Shown here: positions 31,901 to 43,182 of the stretch, in pieces | Numbering within the stretch: the stretch's first letter is position 1 | Layout of the letters: the number at the start of each line of letters is the position of its first letter | DNA from: an uncultured Phaeodactylibacter sp. | GTDB taxonomy: Bacteria > Bacteroidota > Bacteroidia > Chitinophagales > Saprospiraceae | Direction: 5' to 3' | Assembly: GCA_964418125.1 (NCBI GenBank) | Contig: CAYQKY010000005.1 | Coordinates: forward strand, 42,130-106,129 | Length of the DNA: 64,000 nucleotides | Translations under genes and position numbers: made by a program | The notes under the pieces: model-generated | The model's database searches: none | What the model was told of the DNA's origin: nothing | Seen by the model: only the letters and a program-made list of their open reading frames with translations

Positions 31901-31987
31901 TTGGTGTATTCGTGCATTTGTGTATTCGTGTATAAGTGGGCTTCAATTGTAGGCTAATGCACGAATACACCAATACCCGAATACACG
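31901..31987. repeat. Perfect 17-bp inverted repeat plus a second interleaved 9-bp pair, built on the GTGTATTCG unit, in a divergent promoter region
   Basis: TTGGTGTATTCGTGCAT (31901-31917) pairs with ATGCACGAATACACCAA (31957-31973). GTGTATTCG (31920-31928) pairs with CGAATACAC (31978-31986). Confidence 0.85.
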
Positions 31988-31997
31988 ATTTTTTACC

Positions 31998-32005
31998 TAT
32001 GTTTG
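31998..32005 (+). promoter_or_regulatory. Bacteroidota -7 promoter box (TAnnTTTG) upstream of hemE
   Basis: TATGTTTG ends 4 nt before the ATG at 32010. This implies a leaderless or very short-leader transcript, or else a chance match. Confidence 0.3.
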
Positions 32006-32009
32006 CGGC

Positions 32010-33041
32010 ATGGAATTGAAAAACGACCTTTTGCTCCGCACGGCCCGGGGAGAAGCGGTTGAGCGCCCCCCTGTATGGCTGATGCGGCAGGCTGGCCGCA
32101 TACTGCCTCAATACCGGGCGGTACGCGAGAAATTGTCCGGCTTTAAAGAGCTGGTAGAGACGCCGGAGCTGGCGGCGGAAGTAACCATTCAGCCTGTGGA
32201 TGAACTGGATGTGGACGCGGCTATTATTTTTTCCGATATCCTGGTGATACCGGAAGCTATGGGGCTGGGGTATGAAATGGTGGAAAAGAGAGGGCCGTTA
32301 TTTCCGGAAACCATTCGTTCGGAAAGCGATATTCAAAAACTGGCTACAGGAGAAGCGGCGGCGGCCCGCCTTAGGTATGTATATGACGCTCTGGAATTGA
32401 CGCGGAAGAACCTGGACGGCCGGGTGCCTCTCATCGGGTTCTCCGGCGCGCCCTGGACTTTGCTGGCCTATATGGTGGAAGGTAGCGGCAGCAAGACCTT
32501 TTCCCGGGCCAAGCGCCTGCTTTACCAGGAGCCGGACCTTGCTCACCACCTGTTGGAAAAGATCACCGAAACCATCATTGCCTACCTGCAGGAAAAGGCA
32601 CGACATGGTGCGAACCTCATTCAGCTTTTCGACTCCTGGGCGGGGATTCTGAGCCCTGCTTCCTATCGGGAGTTCAGCGCGCCTTATTTGCATCAGATTT
32701 GCAGCGCCATCACCGATGTGCCGGTTACGGTTTTTGCCAAGGGCGCCTGGTTCGCCCTGCAGGATATCGCTGGAATGGATTGCCAGGTGGTTGGCCTGGA
32801 CTGGAACATCAGCCCGGACGAAGGGCGCCGCCGGGTGGGGCAAAAGAAAGTATTACAGGGCAACCTCGATCCCTGTTACCTGTACGCCGAGCCCGAAAAA
32901 ATAAGCCTGGCCGCCCGCGATATGCTCGACGCCTTCGGAGGAAGGCATATCGCCAACCTGGGGCATGGGGTTTATCCCGATACGCCCCTGGAAGGCGTTC
33001 GGGCTTTTGTACAGGCAGTGAAAAGCTACCGGTATAAATAA
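32010..33041 (+). CDS. hemE: Uroporphyrinogen decarboxylase
   Basis: [46 protein letters not shown] and QLFDSWAG are present. Confidence 0.9.
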   Translation: MELKNDLLLRTARGEAVERPPVWLMRQAGRILPQYRAVREKLSGFKELVETPELAAEVTIQPVDELDVDAAIIFSDILVIPEAMGLGYEMVEKRGPLFPETIRSESDIQKLATGEAAAARLRYVYDALELTRKNLDGRVPLIGFSGAPWTLLAYMVEGSGSKTFSRAKRLLYQEPDLAHHLLEKITETIIAYLQEKARHGANLIQLFDSWAGILSPASYREFSAPYLHQICSAITDVPVTVFAKGAWFALQDIAGMDCQVVGLDWNISPDEGRRRVGQKKVLQGNLDPCYLYAEPEKISLAARDMLDAFGGRHIANLGHGVYPDTPLEGVRAFVQAVKSYRYK

Positions 33042-33172
33042 TTGCCGCCATTTTTGTAAATTAGGGGAGCGCGGCCTTATTTTTGGCATTCACAAAGCGG
33101 GGGAATACTTTCTCCCCGGAGCCTGGTGGCAGCCCCCCGCCGGGCGTTTGAATGATAAATTAATACGACTTT

Positions 33173-34018
33173 ATGGGTTGGTTTAAACGACTAAAGGACG
33201 GCATTCAGACGGCTACCAGGAATAAAAAGGAGGCCCCGGAAGGGTTGTGGTACAAGTGCAGGGAGTGTAAAGAAACCACTACGGTCAAAGAGCTTAAAGA
33301 AAACTTCTTCAAATGCCCCCAGTGCAATTATCACGTCCGGATCAATTCCTACGACTACTTCGAGATCCTCTTCGACGGCAATTACGAAGAACTTTTTACG
33401 GGCCTCGTTTCCAAAGACCATCTCAATTTCACTGACCTCAAACCTTACACGGAACGGTTGAAGGAAGCCCGGAACAAGACCGGCCTGAATGACGCCATGG
33501 CCGTAGCCAAAGGCAAGGTCAACCGCCGCCCTCTGGTCGTTGCCGCCATGGATTTTAAATTCATTGGGGGGTCGATGGGGTCAGTAGTGGGAGAGAAGAT
33601 CGCCATGTCGATCGACCACTGTATCGAAACGCGCACTCCCCTGATGATCATCTCCAAATCCGGAGGGGCCCGCATGATGGAATCGGCCTTCTCACTGATG
33701 CAGATGGCGAAGACTTCCGCCAAGCTCACCCAACTGGCGAAAGCAAAGATCCCCTATTTCTCCTTCCTGACCGATCCGACCACCGGCGGCGTGACCGCTT
33801 CCTTCGCCATGCTGGGCGACATCAACTTCGCCGAGCCGAAAGCCCTCATCGGCTTCGCCGGCCCCCGCGTCATCAAGGAAACCATCAAGAAGGAACTGCC
33901 GGAAGGCTTTCAGACCTCCGAATTCCTCCTCGAACACGGCTTCCTCGATTTCATCGTCGACCGCAAAGACCTCAAGGAGTCGGTCTCCGACCTGCTCTAT
34001 TTCTTCGATACCAACTGA
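33173..34018 (+). CDS. accD: Acetyl-CoA carboxylase carboxyltransferase beta subunit
   Basis: The zinc ribbon CRECK...[21 protein letters not shown] and FAGPRVI are present. Confidence 0.9.
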   Translation: MGWFKRLKDGIQTATRNKKEAPEGLWYKCRECKETTTVKELKENFFKCPQCNYHVRINSYDYFEILFDGNYEELFTGLVSKDHLNFTDLKPYTERLKEARNKTGLNDAMAVAKGKVNRRPLVVAAMDFKFIGGSMGSVVGEKIAMSIDHCIETRTPLMIISKSGGARMMESAFSLMQMAKTSAKLTQLAKAKIPYFSFLTDPTTGGVTASFAMLGDINFAEPKALIGFAGPRVIKETIKKELPEGFQTSEFLLEHGFLDFIVDRKDLKESVSDLLYFFDTN

Positions 34019-34032
34019 AACCCTCTCAAGTT

Positions 34033-34356
34033 ATGCACGAATTCATCGACCTGGAAAAACTGCCGGAAAAGGAACTCGCCCCCGGCTTCAACGCCCGCCT
34101 CATCCACACCGGCAAGGTGACCATCGCCCATGTGACGGTGCGCCGGGGCAGCGCCCTGCCCGCCCACAGCCACTTCCATGAACAGGTGACCAATATCATC
34201 AGCGGTGAACTGGAGATGACGGTAGGCGGTGAAACGGTCCTGTGCAAGCCCGGCATGTCCATCAACATCCCCTCCAACGTCCTGCACTCCGCCCGCGCTG
34301 TCACCGACTGCTACCTGATCGATGTGTTTTGTCCGGAAAGGGAGGATTATAAGTGA
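34033..34356 (+). CDS. Cupin-domain protein
   Basis: It is 107 aa. The cupin motifs are HSHFHEQVTNIISGE and PSNVLHSA. Confidence 0.7.
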   Translation: MHEFIDLEKLPEKELAPGFNARLIHTGKVTIAHVTVRRGSALPAHSHFHEQVTNIISGELEMTVGGETVLCKPGMSINIPSNVLHSARAVTDCYLIDVFCPEREDYK

Positions 34357-34388
34357 TTATTAGCCGGGAGGGGCACTCCTCATTACTT

Positions 34389-35987
34389 TTACCGGTCGAT
34401 GATCACCGTAAAGGTCTTTTCCATCGGGTCAAGTTCCTTCTTCAGTACTTCAAAAAACTCCCGCCCGTATTTCAGGTAATACATCATGAAGTTATCGTAG
34501 CGCTCCTGGAGGCCGTTTCCGGGAAATAGCTTATCCTTCAGCGTCCGCATCTGGTTGATGGCGATATCGTGGCGTTGTTTTTCGGCGCGCATCAGCTTGC
34601 CTTCCAGTTGCTCCATGCTGTTGATCATCTTCTGGCCTTCAGCGGCGGCCGTCTTTACCAGGGTGGGGTCCACTTCGCGGGCTTTTTCCTCGATGCCTTT
34701 GACCAGTGCTTCCAGTTTGGCCTTCTCTTCAGAGAGGGTGATCTCTTTCTCGGTATTTTCGTGGACGTAATCTTTTATCAGTTCCTCAATATCACCGAAG
34801 AGCTGTTCTACCGTCATTTCCAGTTTATCCATACGTTTGGCGTTGCCCTTATCGATGAACAGAACGGAATTGCGGCGCACCAGCATGGGATAATTGACGC
34901 CGAAGTGCTCGAACTGGCTTTTGCGCTCCAGCCAGTAGGCCAGTTCGCCGCCTCCGCCGATGTAAGCCAGGTTGGGCAGTACTACCTCCTGAAATACGGG
35001 GCGCATCACCACATTGGGGCTGAAGCGCTCAGGATATTGTTCGATCTCTTTGATCAGTTCTTCTTTGCTGAAAGAATAATCGGTGTTCAGCACCTGATAC
35101 CGGCCGTTATCCAGCACGATGCGTTCGCGCTGCCGCAGTTCGTGGCCCAGGTAGAAAAAGTTGATCTCCCGTGGGTAGGCCTGCTCGGAGAAACCGGCTT
35201 TTTCCAGCTCTGCCACCGTAGCTTCCACCAGCCCTTTTGAGGGTTGTTCCAGGATCTCTTCCTTGATGTAGGGGATGAACAGCTCCTTCAGCCGGGCGTG
35301 GGACATGTCGATGATCACCAGGCCGTAATCTTTGAATAGTTCGTTGGCAAGGTGGCGCGCCGTCTCAGAATAACGGCCGTGGTTTTCCACGGACTCCCGG
35401 AGAAGGTTGTACAGTTCTTCCGCTCTGTCCGATTCACCAAGAACTTCTTTTACCTCGGCCAGTACGGGTTGAAGCGTATCCGTTTTCATCATGCCTACCG
35501 GGCCGGACTCTTCATTTTCCCACCTGATGATTTTGCCAAAGAGGTGAAGGTGGTTGACCTCCTCAAAATCATGGTCTTCCCCCCCGCTGATAAAAACCGG
35601 TACGAAGTGTTGTTCAGGATATCTTTCGTTGAGCTTTTCCGCCAGGTTGATGGTGGAGGCCACCTTATAGATATAGTAGAGCGGCCCGGTGAAGAGGCTG
35701 GGCTGATGGGCGGTCACCAGGGTGAAAGTATTTTCATCCAGCAGAGACTCAATATTGTCCTTTACCGCCTGGGTGGTTTCCATGCCGGAGTATTGTTCCC
35801 GCAGCACCTCCACCAGAGTTTGGCGGTTGGTGTTGTCCTTTTTTTTGTCTTCGACAACCTGGGCGAAAGCATCCAGGGTGGCGTCGTATTTGTAGAAGGG
35901 CCTCAGCTCGGATGCGCCCATGGTATAGGCCTGGTCTCGTTTGGAAAGGTAGGGCACTTTGTCGAAGGGTAACTGGAAGGTATCCAT
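34389..35987 (-). CDS. bshC: Bacillithiol biosynthesis cysteine-adding enzyme
   Basis: About 530 aa. VTAHQPSLFTGPLYYIYK, YIGGGGELAYW and the C-terminal coiled coil are typical of BshC. Confidence 0.8.
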   Translation of the reverse strand: MDTFQLPFDKVPYLSKRDQAYTMGASELRPFYKYDATLDAFAQVVEDKKKDNTNRQTLVEVLREQYSGMETTQAVKDNIESLLDENTFTLVTAHQPSLFTGPLYYIYKVASTINLAEKLNERYPEQHFVPVFISGGEDHDFEEVNHLHLFGKIIRWENEESGPVGMMKTDTLQPVLAEVKEVLGESDRAEELYNLLRESVENHGRYSETARHLANELFKDYGLVIIDMSHARLKELFIPYIKEEILEQPSKGLVEATVAELEKAGFSEQAYPREINFFYLGHELRQRERIVLDNGRYQVLNTDYSFSKEELIKEIEQYPERFSPNVVMRPVFQEVVLPNLAYIGGGGELAYWLERKSQFEHFGVNYPMLVRRNSVLFIDKGNAKRMDKLEMTVEQLFGDIEELIKDYVHENTEKEITLSEEKAKLEALVKGIEEKAREVDPTLVKTAAAEGQKMINSMEQLEGKLMRAEKQRHDIAINQMRTLKDKLFPGNGLQERYDNFMMYYLKYGREFFEVLKKELDPMEKTFTVIIDR

Positions 35988-36080
35988 TGTTTAAAGCAGG
36001 TTTTGATATTTTGTTGGAAAGGGGAATTTTGTTAAACCCGTGGTATGCGGTATCTTTAGTGCTCTTATGAAATGTTTTGA

Positions 36081-37649
<1,569 letters not shown>

Positions 37650-37713
37650 GTGGGAGATGGGGAGAGAGGCTCGGGTACTGTTGCCCGGAGCTGGTTAAAA
37701 AAAATGAAGGAAA

Positions 37714-38772
37714 TTGGCGACGAAAAGGATAACGGTTAGCGAAGTGCTGGACCTGGAGCCGGGGCGGGTGCTCTTCGACGTGCGCACGCCGGCGGAATAT
37801 GAGAAGGGGCACATCCCCGGAGCGCTCAACCTGCCTCTTTTTTCCAATGAAGAGAGGGCTGCGGTGGGCGCCACCTATAAACAGGTTGACCCGTATAAAG
37901 CCTTTCTTCAGGGCCTGGAGTACGTGGGCCCTAAGATGCGAATCTTTGTCGAAGAGGCGCGGAAGGAAGCGCCTTCCGGCAAGGTGGCCGTGCATTGCTG
38001 GCGGGGCGGGCAGCGCAGCAGCAGTATGGGTTGGCTGCTCGGCCTGGCGGGTATGGATGTGCAGGTGCTGGTAGGCGGGTATAAAGCTTACCGCAATCAT
38101 CTGCTGGAACAATTTGCCGAATGCACGCCTCCGCTGATCATCGTGGGTGGCCCGACGGGCTCCGGCAAAACCAACATTTTGCATGAGCTGGCAAAGCTTG
38201 GCGAGCAGGTGATCGACCTGGAAGGCATCGCCCACCATAAGGGGTCCGCCTTTGGCGCCCTGGGGGAGGAACGCCAGCCCTCAGTTGAGCAATTTGAGAA
38301 CAACCTCTATGACACCTTCCGGCAACTGGATCATAGCCGCCGGATCTGGCTGGAAAATGAAAGCCGCCCCATCGGCAGGGTCTATATCCCCGACCCGCTA
38401 TGGCAGCAGATGGTAAAGGCGCCTTTGTTGAGTGTCGAGGTGCCGCTGGAAGTTCGCCTGGAACACCTGGTGGAAGCCTACGCCCGGTTTCCGGTTGAGG
38501 CCTTGCGGGCGTCCTTCGAACGCATCCGCAAACGGCTGGGCGGACAGCACTACAACGCTGCCATTGAAGCCCTGGATGCCGGCGATTTCGAAGAGGCCGC
38601 CCGCATCGCCCTGGTTTATTACGACAAAGCTTACAACCACCATACTTTAAGCAGGAGGATAAACTCCGGCATTTTTAAAATTGCAGTAGAAAAGGAAAGC
38701 GCTGAGGAAACTGCCCGGCGCCTGATAACGTTTGCTGAAGAAAATAACTTATGGTTGCCGATTACAAACTGA
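37714..38772 (+). CDS. mnmH: tRNA 2-selenouridine synthase (rhodanese plus P-loop)
   Basis: The rhodanese active-site loop is HCWRGGQRS and the Walker A motif is GGPTGSGKT. The start is a TTG at 37714 and is uncertain. The 3' end overlaps selD by 22 nt. Confidence 0.85.
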   Translation: MATKRITVSEVLDLEPGRVLFDVRTPAEYEKGHIPGALNLPLFSNEERAAVGATYKQVDPYKAFLQGLEYVGPKMRIFVEEARKEAPSGKVAVHCWRGGQRSSSMGWLLGLAGMDVQVLVGGYKAYRNHLLEQFAECTPPLIIVGGPTGSGKTNILHELAKLGEQVIDLEGIAHHKGSAFGALGEERQPSVEQFENNLYDTFRQLDHSRRIWLENESRPIGRVYIPDPLWQQMVKAPLLSVEVPLEVRLEHLVEAYARFPVEALRASFERIRKRLGGQHYNAAIEALDAGDFEEAARIALVYYDKAYNHHTLSRRINSGIFKIAVEKESAEETARRLITFAEENNLWLPITN

Positions 38773-39791
38773 CCCAATACAGCCACGGGGCGGGATGCGG
38801 CTGCAAGATCGCGCCCCGGGTACTCGATACTATCCTGCAGCACCACGCTGAACAATTCCACTTTCCCCAGTTGCTGGTGGGCAATGATAAGCGGGATGAC
38901 GCCGCCGTTTACGACCTGGGTGATGGAACGGCCATTGTGAGCACCACCGATTTCTTTATGCCGATCGTCGATGACCCGGAGGACTTCGGCCGAATTGCCT
39001 CGGTCAATGCCATCAGCGACGTGTACGCCATGGGTGGCACCCCTCTGGTAGCCATCGCCATCCTCGGCTGGCCCATCGACAAGATCCCACCGGAAGTGGC
39101 CAACAAGGTGATCGACGGAAGCCGCAAGGCCTGTGCCGAAGCCGGCATCCCCCTGGCCGGCGGCCACAGCATCGATAGCCCGGAGCCCATCTTCGGCCTG
39201 GCGGTGACCGGCAGGGTCGACAAGAACTACCTTAAGCAGAATGGCGGCGCTACGCCCGGCTGCCGCCTTTTCCTCACCAAGCCGATCGGAGTGGGCATCC
39301 TCAGCACCGCCCAGAAAAAAGGCAAACTCAAGCCTGAACACGCCAACATCGCCCGCGACAGCATGGTGCGGCTCAACAAGGCCGGCGAAGCCTTCGGCCG
39401 CCTGCCCTATATCAAGGCCATGACCGACGTCACTGGTTTCGGCCTGCTGGGCCACCTCACGGAAATGTGCGAGGCCAGCGGTGTCAGCGCCGTGGTGGAG
39501 TTCGATAGGGCGCCTTTCCTGAACCTCGACATCCTGGACTATTATCTCGAAGAAAAGTGCATCCCCGGCGGCACCCACCGCAACTGGGACAGCTATGGCC
39601 ACAAAGTGGCGCCTCTTCCGGATCGCCAACGTTTCCTTCTCTGCGACCCGCAGACCAGTGGGGGGCTGCTGGTGGCCGTGGAGGCGAAAAGGGAAGCGGA
39701 ATTTCGTATGGAGGCCAATAAATCAGGCCTCATTCTTGAGCAAATGGGATATATAACTGAACGGGAGGAACATCTGGTGCGGGTGATCTGA
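38751..39791 (+). CDS. selD: Selenide, water dikinase (Cys-type, no in-frame TGA)
   Basis: [14 protein letters not shown] is the Cys form of the Sec/Cys site, followed by the PurM-like fold motifs DDAAVY and TTDFF. Confidence 0.9.
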   Translation: MVADYKLTQYSHGAGCGCKIAPRVLDTILQHHAEQFHFPQLLVGNDKRDDAAVYDLGDGTAIVSTTDFFMPIVDDPEDFGRIASVNAISDVYAMGGTPLVAIAILGWPIDKIPPEVANKVIDGSRKACAEAGIPLAGGHSIDSPEPIFGLAVTGRVDKNYLKQNGGATPGCRLFLTKPIGVGILSTAQKKGKLKPEHANIARDSMVRLNKAGEAFGRLPYIKAMTDVTGFGLLGHLTEMCEASGVSAVVEFDRAPFLNLDILDYYLEEKCIPGGTHRNWDSYGHKVAPLPDRQRFLLCDPQTSGGLLVAVEAKREAEFRMEANKSGLILEQMGYITEREEHLVRVI

Positions 39792-39890
39792 TTCGTGGGC
39801 TGCGATCATCCTGCCCGGGCATGCTCCATCGAGCTTTCAGAAAGCCAGCCCGAGCTGAAAGCGGGAGTGTACTTCCATCCAGGAGTCCTC

Positions 39891-40055
39891 CTAGTCACTT
39901 CCCTTCCGATCCTCCAGATAATCGTACGCATCAATGTAGGAAAGTCTGTCCAGTTCACCGGCTTCCTGCCGGTACTCAACGGTAATAGAATCCTGCTGGC
40001 TTGCCAGAGAGAGAGTGAGAAGTAAAAAGAGAAAAAAAGTAAAAGACTTCTTCAT
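39891..40055 (-). CDS. Small secreted peptide (54 aa), not in the ORF track, possibly the last gene of the ECF operon
   Basis: My own translation gives MKKSFTFFLFLLLTLSLASQQDSITVEYRQEAGELDRLSYIDAYDYLEDRKGSD*. It has a canonical signal peptide and lies on the same strand 102 nt downstream of the DUF4097-like gene. Confidence 0.35.
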   Translation of the reverse strand: MKKSFTFFLFLLLTLSLASQQDSITVEYRQEAGELDRLSYIDAYDYLEDRKGSD

Positions 40056-40157
40056 AATGTCAGCTATTTTAGTGAGCGTTTATTTTTCTTCGGCGCATGG
40101 CTGACTTAAGAGGCTTTTGATTATTTCTCCGGGCCGGCAGTTTTCGACAGGCCTGAT

Positions 40158-41084
40158 TCAGGGCCGCTGTACTTCCTTCGGCCTTTCCTTCTCCAGGTAA
40201 ACATCCCCGAAAGTGATCGATATAGTAATGCTGGGGTAGTATTCCCGGTTCGGCTTGAATTCCATCTTCTTCAGTTCTTCCTGTTCGGACAGCAGCTCCA
40301 GGCCCAGGTCGCCGGGGTAGTTGACCTGGCCGTGGCGGGTGGTCAGGGTATAGGCGTACTCCCGTAGTTTGGGGTCGAAGAGGTAGACGTCGCCCTTTTC
40401 GGCATCAATGTTGAGGTCGAGCAGGCCGGCGACGGACAGGATGCTGACCATGCCGTACTGCGACTGTATGTCGAAGCGGCCTTTGATCTCCTCCAGGGTG
40501 ATGTCGGAGCGGCGGGAGGCGATGCTGACGTTGCCGTCCAGGAACTTGCCGAAGATGTCGCCGAAGCGGGTCTGCAGGTCGACGTTACCCTGAACGTTTT
40601 GCATGTCGATCTTGCTGAACTCCCCGAAAAAGCGGAAGCTGTTGGTGAGGTTGCTGACGGTGGCCTCGCCAAAGTAATTTTTCAGGTAGACCGGGCAGTC
40701 CTCCGGCACGGTGATGACGTACTGGGCGTGCAGGTTCGACTTCGGTTTGGCCTCGCCTTCCTTCAGGCCGATGTAATTGCGCAGGTAGATCTTGTTCTTC
40801 ACCCGCTCGGCGAGGTAGCGGATCTTTTCCAGGTCGGCCTCGGCGGTGGCCTTGTCGGGGTGGCGGGCGATCAGCTCCAGGCGGACGCCGATCTGCGGCT
40901 TGTCCCAGGTTTCTACCAGCACGTCGGCCTTTTCTCCTTCGATGTTGACCTCGTATCCGGGCTGGTAGGCGAAAGTTTTCTCCAGGCGCTTGGTGATGAC
41001 GTGCAGGTCCGTTGTCTGGGCGCCCAGCAACAGGGGCCCCACAACCCAGAGTAAAAGCGATAGTTGAAGAACGGATCTTTTCAT
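40158..41084 (-). CDS. Secreted DUF4097-like beta-helix protein (putative adhesin)
   Basis: The internal start MKRSVLQLSLLLWVVGPLLLGAQT is a signal peptide. Repeated short beta segments with G(D/N)V/I motifs are present (NVQGNVDLQTRFGDI, DGNVSIASRRSDITL, EKGDVYL). Genes of this type commonly follow ECF/anti-sigma pairs. Confidence 0.5.
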   Translation of the reverse strand: MKRSVLQLSLLLWVVGPLLLGAQTTDLHVITKRLEKTFAYQPGYEVNIEGEKADVLVETWDKPQIGVRLELIARHPDKATAEADLEKIRYLAERVKNKIYLRNYIGLKEGEAKPKSNLHAQYVITVPEDCPVYLKNYFGEATVSNLTNSFRFFGEFSKIDMQNVQGNVDLQTRFGDIFGKFLDGNVSIASRRSDITLEEIKGRFDIQSQYGMVSILSVAGLLDLNIDAEKGDVYLFDPKLREYAYTLTTRHGQVNYPGDLGLELLSEQEELKKMEFKPNREYYPSITISITFGDVYLEKERPKEVQRP

Positions 41085-41150
41085 TTCCTGCGGTTGTGCA
41101 ATTTTGAGTTTGATGATATAAGCGTAATATTTTGGCTGTTGGCAGCTTTT

Positions 41151-41199
41151 TGTTGTTTGTTCTCCAACAACGATCAACCGACAACGATCAACAACCAAC
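41151..41199. repeat. GTTGTT / AACAAC-type low-complexity element with the 12-nt direct repeat ACAACGATCAAC x2
   Basis: ACAACGATCAAC occurs at 41167-41178 and 41181-41192. GTTGTTTGTT (41151-41160) is nearly complementary to AACAACCAAC (41190-41199). Confidence 0.6.
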
Positions 41200-41222
41200 G
41201 AACGCCATCAACAGGCGCCTCC

Positions 41223-41834
41223 TCACATCGCCACTGCCATCACCCGGATCAGCCGGGAACGTTCGCGTTCGATGTCACTCATCTGGCGGACGAGGCGGGC
41301 GTCTTTGCCATACGTATCCATAACCGCTCTGATCTCGGTTTTGGCTTCTTCCAGTTCTTTCCATTCGTCGAGTATCCGGCCGTAATCGTCCTGCCTTTTG
41401 GCCACGGGATCACTGGAGAACTGTTCGACAACAGTTTTCATAGCTTGTTCGTCGTCATCCCAGTCATTTCCAAGCAAATCCAGGTTGGCCTTTTCGACAG
41501 AATAGGTATACTCCGGATGCAGGCCTGCTTCTACAAATGGATTGAACAGGAAGAAGGCCACCAATATCGCAATGCTGGCTGCCACCGCCGGCCAGGCGAG
41601 GCGGTGCAGGCGCGCCAGGGCCTTAGGCTCCAAGCCCGATTCGATGGCTTCCCACACTGCCGGCGGAGGGCTGTAGGCGGGGAGCTTTTCCAGGGCGTCC
41701 TGCAGGGCGCGTTCCTGTTCCTCCCGGCTCAGTTCAGATTCAATCTGTGTCCACAGCCCGGCAGGCGGCTCATGCTGTGGCAGCCGGTTCAATGCCTCTT
41801 TCAGTGTTTTCCGGTTGTGTTCAGTATCATTCAT
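41223..41834 (-). CDS. Putative single-pass anti-sigma factor
   Basis: An ATGA overlap links it to the upstream ECF sigma gene. It has a cytoplasmic N-terminus, one TM helix (WPAVAASIAILVAFFLF) and a periplasmic tail. Confidence 0.5.
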   Translation of the reverse strand: MNDTEHNRKTLKEALNRLPQHEPPAGLWTQIESELSREEQERALQDALEKLPAYSPPPAVWEAIESGLEPKALARLHRLAWPAVAASIAILVAFFLFNPFVEAGLHPEYTYSVEKANLDLLGNDWDDDEQAMKTVVEQFSSDPVAKRQDDYGRILDEWKELEEAKTEIRAVMDTYGKDARLVRQMSDIERERSRLIRVMAVAM

Positions 41835-42370
41835 CGGTCCACATATTTTTCCAGGGCCTGCCGCAATCTTTTCTTGGCGTAAAAGAGCTGGGATTTGGAG
41901 GTGCCCACCGAAATATCCATCAGGCCGGCTACTTCTTTATGGGAATAGCCCTCTATCTCGATCAGGACAAACACCATTCGGTATCCTTCCGGTAGATCCT
42001 GGATGGCGCGTTCCAGGTAATCGATGTCTATCTGATGCCCCCAGTCAATGGGCTGTTCAACCGCCTGTTGATCCAGGGGTTCGAAATAGGGCTGCCGCTT
42101 TACCTTGCTGAGGGCAGTGCGCAGGACGATGGTTTTGATCCAGGCGCCCAGCGTCGACTCCCGGCGAAAGCCCGGCAAGGCGCGGAAAACTTTGAGGAAG
42201 GCTTCCTGCAGGACGTCATTGGCAAGTTCGAAATCGCAGGTAATGCGATAGGCCACCGTATACATTGCCCGGCTGTAACGGTCGTACAGTTCTTTTTGTG
42301 CCCGCCGGTCATTGGCCAGGCAGCCTTCTATCAGTTCGTCTTCCGTCATTCTGGTAGTAGCGTAGACCAT
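41831..42370 (-). CDS. ECF-subfamily RNA polymerase sigma-70 factor
   Basis: Region 2 (ELYDRYSRAMYTVAYRI...DVLQEAFLKVF) and region 4 (LPEGYRMVFVLIEIEGYSHKEVAGLMDISVGTSKSQL) are present. Confidence 0.85.
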   Translation of the reverse strand: MVYATTRMTEDELIEGCLANDRRAQKELYDRYSRAMYTVAYRITCDFELANDVLQEAFLKVFRALPGFRRESTLGAWIKTIVLRTALSKVKRQPYFEPLDQQAVEQPIDWGHQIDIDYLERAIQDLPEGYRMVFVLIEIEGYSHKEVAGLMDISVGTSKSQLFYAKKRLRQALEKYVDR

Positions 42371-42444
42371 AAGGCCGGGATCCCTTTTTTGTACTTAAGG
42401 AGCGGGGTGCCGGCCCCGGGGTTGTATGGCCTGTTTGTTTTTCG

Positions 42445-43089
42445 TTATTTTTTCCCGAAAAGGATCCCCAAAGATAGTAAGATGCGGGAAGGATAGTTGT
42501 CGAACGCAAATTGCTGTCCGTGGAAGGTAATGTGATCCCCGAATTTGGAAAAGTTGCCTTCATAGCGGACATCCAGCATCAGGTTCCACAAGTCGAGCCC
42601 TAGGCCGGCAACCCAGCCGTAGGTGGCTTGTTCAAACTTCTGCTCGTATCCCGGAAAGTCAAATAGCTCGGAACTGCTGTCTATGAAGATATGAGCCACC
42701 GGGCCGGCATGGAAACGAAAAGGCTTTGCCTGATAACCCAGCAGGAATGGAATGTCGAGTTTCTGATATTTCTCCGTTCGAATGATTGTTGCTACAGTGC
42801 TTCCCCTGAGGTCTTCCACACGGTAATCGACCCGGTTGGAGTTGAAAAGGAACTCCGGTTGGACCAGAAAACCGCCCAGCCGGGCCTGAACCACAAGGCC
42901 GCCGTGGATGCCGAAGTACAGGTCCTGGACGTCTATATTCAGGAAATCCCCACCTCCTGGTTCGGGAATATCGATCTCATTTGTATTGGCGCGGGTCGTG
43001 CTCATGCCCATGCGTAAGCCCAGTTTCACCTGAGCAGGCAGAACCGTGATGGCGCCTGCCAGCAGCAAGAGTGTTAAAACCTTTTTCAT
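42445..43089 (-). CDS. Outer-membrane beta-barrel protein (PorT/OMP_b-brl-like)
   Basis: The internal start MKKVLTLLLLAGAITVLPAQ is a signal peptide. About 8 amphipathic beta strands are present. The C-terminus reads ...LLSLGILFGKK. Confidence 0.55.
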   Translation of the reverse strand: MKKVLTLLLLAGAITVLPAQVKLGLRMGMSTTRANTNEIDIPEPGGGDFLNIDVQDLYFGIHGGLVVQARLGGFLVQPEFLFNSNRVDYRVEDLRGSTVATIIRTEKYQKLDIPFLLGYQAKPFRFHAGPVAHIFIDSSSELFDFPGYEQKFEQATYGWVAGLGLDLWNLMLDVRYEGNFSKFGDHITFHGQQFAFDNYPSRILLSLGILFGKK

Positions 43090-43182
43090 ATCTAAAAGTT
43101 TTTGGGTACGGACTGGTACAAATATGCGAGATTTTACGCTGAAAACGGTATAATTGTTATTTTCAGAATCACAAGTGGAAGT

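Noticed and set aside
38631-39629. 332-aa minus-strand ORF opposite selD, and similar long antisense ORFs at 9876-10727, 11870-12730, 15533-16312, 44616-45455, 45522-46286 and 53817-54542
   Set aside because: All are nested antisense to genes with unambiguous family signatures. None has a signal or motif, or a plausible start context.
39795-40025. 76-aa plus-strand ORF downstream of selD
   Set aside because: It uses a GTG start and has no motifs. The opposite strand encodes a short ORF with a canonical signal peptide in operon position, which I consider the more likely (still tentative) gene.
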